Assembly: GCA_965217865.1 (NCBI GenBank) | Contig: CBDCJO010000002.1 | Location: 448,001 to 512,000 of the forward strand | Reading direction: 5' to 3' | DNA: 64,000 bases | Source of the DNA: Candidatus Latescibacterota bacterium | GTDB taxonomy: Bacteria > Latescibacterota > UBA2968 > SICM01 | In this document: one piece after another, positions 61,928-64,000 of the stretch | How positions within the stretch are numbered: position 1 is the first letter of the stretch | Layout of the letters: the number at the start of each line of letters is the position of its first letter | The notes under the pieces: generated by a model | What the model was told of the DNA's origin: nothing | The model's database searches: none | What the model saw: the letters and a program-made list of their open reading frames with translations, nothing else | Made by a program: the position numbers and the translations under genes

Positions 61928-63187
61928 TCACTCGTCTGCAGCTCGATCGTCCTCGTCGGCCCCCTCCGCGTCGTCGCCGGGACCGTTGGTCACCGGCTCG
62001 GCATCACTCGCCTCGCGGTACAGATCTTCGCTGGACCAATAGATGTCGGTGACAGGCTTATCGGCGAAGCCGGCGCCTCCGATGGCTTCCGGAATGTTGG
62101 CCTCGATTTCCACATCCTCTTCGCCGTTCCTAAGGCTATCGAGCTGAAGATGGCAACCAGACCGAAAGCGAAACGGCACGCTCAACAGTCGTTCAATCTT
62201 CCACAGCGCCATAGCGACCAGACACTCCTTCTGTTTCTCACTCAGGCCGAGCTGCTTCTTCCCATCCATGCGGCCAAATGAGCGAATGAGCGCAACATCG
62301 AGGATGAACGTCGCGCGAATCTCCCTGGCGGTCGCATCATCAACCGCAAAGATGGGCTGGCCCGAGGTCGTCTTACCAAGCCGATCGAACTTGACCCCCG
62401 ATCGATCGACGCGACCCGCCCCAAGAGCTTCCATGTGGGCAGCTCTCGAAATCTTGACCTGCCACTTCGGAAACATCACGCCATGGACCAGTGCATTCGG
62501 GTCGTACTTGAAGATGGTCTTGAAGACGTCCCACCACTTGGCGAATGGCGGATGCGCCTTCTTACTATCTGCGAGCACAAGGCCGAACTCTTTGGCGAGC
62601 GTGCTCTGAAAGGTTGCTTCTGCCTCGGTCTTCTTTGCCTTCGCCGCCTTGGCCTTAGCTTGCTTTTCTAGTTCCTTCTTTTTGCCCTCGTCGGCTTCCC
62701 CTTTTGCGTCGTCCTTGAGCCTTCTCTCCTCCTGCTTGAGGCGGTCCACTTGTAGCTTCCTGAGGCCGTCACCTTTCATGTGCTCGCCATCAAGGAAGTA
62801 CGACGAAGCAATGCGATGACCCTCAGTCAGGCTCGTCACGACGACTTGGCGCTCAGACAACCTTCCATCGGCTACTGGACCTGTAACGCACCGCAGGAAT
62901 GGCATCCCCGATAGATCGTCGACGAGATCGGGGTCGTGGGGGCCGCGCATGCACACCGACTCGAGATGGTTTGCCATACTTGCTGCGCTGTCGACGATGC
63001 ACACGTGCTCCGTTGTTCCGTCCGCGCACGGCGCTTTGTAGATCACGTGCCCGACCTCGGGAAAGCCAGCGGGTTGAAATCGGTCAAGACCTGCAACGGG
63101 TAAAAGGATTGCGGTAAACACGAGGGGAGATTCTCCCGACAGCACGGCGGCCGGGGTAAGTTTCTTCTTGGGTTTGGCTTCAGACAT
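61928..63187 (-). CDS. csb1: Type I-G Cas7 (Csb1)
   Basis: RFQPAGFP, VDSAASMANHLE, EGHRIAS, DPNALVHG, SGVKFD, FRSGCHL. Confidence 0.8.
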   Translation of the reverse strand: MSEAKPKKKLTPAAVLSGESPLVFTAILLPVAGLDRFQPAGFPEVGHVIYKAPCADGTTEHVCIVDSAASMANHLESVCMRGPHDPDLVDDLSGMPFLRCVTGPVADGRLSERQVVVTSLTEGHRIASSYFLDGEHMKGDGLRKLQVDRLKQEERRLKDDAKGEADEGKKKELEKQAKAKAAKAKKTEAEATFQSTLAKEFGLVLADSKKAHPPFAKWWDVFKTIFKYDPNALVHGVMFPKWQVKISRAAHMEALGAGRVDRSGVKFDRLGKTTSGQPIFAVDDATAREIRATFILDVALIRSFGRMDGKKQLGLSEKQKECLVAMALWKIERLLSVPFRFRSGCHLQLDSLRNGEEDVEIEANIPEAIGGAGFADKPVTDIYWSSEDLYREASDAEPVTNGPGDDAEGADEDDRAADE

Positions 63188-64000
63188 GGGAGTGGCCTCC
63201 TTGGCGTTGAGGGCGGAGCCAATGCCCCACCAGTGTTGTGCGCTCTGCGGGTCGCACTGAGAACAGAAGCGATGCGAGCAATCTCTCAGGGTCGGAGGTG
63301 GCCCAAGGCACGCTGGTCTCGATCAAGGGCAACCGGGCCATGGCATACCGGCTCTTCGCGAGTCGGATAGCACCCTCGACCTGCCCCGTGCGCAGGAGTG
63401 CGGCGAGTGCTCGCGCCACTGCGGGTGTGCGTGCACCACTCTCCGCAGAAAGGAGATCCTCGGAAGAGGTCGTACGCTGCGACGGTATGATCCGCTCGCC
63501 GAAGAACGGCTGCAAGATCCCATACAGGCACAACGCGCCGCTTGGGCTCAGAGGGGCAACTCCGCCTTTGGCGAAGGTCTTCACGGCGGGCGTGACGAAG
63601 CTCCAGTCGAAGAGTGCAAGTCTGGAAACCCAGTTCGCAAGCAACGCGTCATCGATTCGCGAGGACAGCCACATCTCAATCTGATGATGCGTGGCGGGGA
63701 GCAGGAACGTCGTTCGCCGGTCCACGGTATCCGTCTCCCGGTCGAGCGTGGCTCGGCACAACACGTCGCACAGCAGGCTCGGTAACGGCCCCGCCCGCCA
63801 GCCCCAGCGGGCAGGTACTCGGTCGGGGTGCACGAAACGCCCGTCCCGTTCCTTGGTGACGCCGAAACGATAGAGCGCAAATGGTCGATCGCTGCTGAAT
63901 CCAGAGACTAGCGAAAGAGCGAGGCGCGCCTCGCCGGACGGTAAAATGTCTCCGAAGAGATTCGGAAGCCATGCATTTGGCAGCGGCCGCCAAGTGATCT
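63180..64000 (-). CDS. csx17: Type I-G Cas8 (Csx17-like), 3' part; frame open to the window edge
   Basis: EARLALSLVS..., ERLLASLLF; overlaps the csb1 start, in the order expected for I-G. Confidence 0.65.
   Translation of the reverse strand, partial: ITWRPLPNAWLPNLFGDILPSGEARLALSLVSGFSSDRPFALYRFGVTKERDGRFVHPDRVPARWGWRAGPLPSLLCDVLCRATLDRETDTVDRRTTFLLPATHHQIEMWLSSRIDDALLANWVSRLALFDWSFVTPAVKTFAKGGVAPLSPSGALCLYGILQPFFGERIIPSQRTTSSEDLLSAESGARTPAVARALAALLRTGQVEGAIRLAKSRYAMARLPLIETSVPWATSDPERLLASLLFSVRPAERTTLVGHWLRPQRQGGHSHV

Overview
Bacterial 64-kb window. The C-terminal DFxGxGxVxxxDFFxFA dockerin-like repeats and gene content suggest Latescibacterota or a related lineage (inference). Three zones are visible. 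(1) 1-14.6 kb is a decayed accessory/defence region: IS110, IS3 and IS256 remnants, a DGQHR/DndB-like fragment, an HATPase_c_4 fragment coupled to a Drt4-like reverse transcriptase split by a two-ORF IS, a broken MNT-HEPN pair, a truncated DUF1156 methylase, duplicated HGGxSTG genes and a secreted CxxCH protein, ending in IS1380 copy 1. (2) 14.6-59.7 kb is mostly minus-strand metabolic and housekeeping genes (dinB, serA, tRNA-Thr, frr-pyrH-tsf-rpsB, rpsI-rplM). It also holds an IS200, an AT-richer Fic + unclassified UG/Abi-type reverse transcriptase cassette, and many strand-polarised 6-7-bp mosaic repeats that start in the last codons of genes. (3) 59.7-64 kb is IS1380 copy 2, which truncates csb2 of a type I-G (I-U) cas operon (cas8g/csx17-cas7g/csb1-csb2); no CRISPR array is in the window. 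Many single-base indels in accessory genes may be real decay or assembly error. All family calls come from motif recognition by eye, without database searches.
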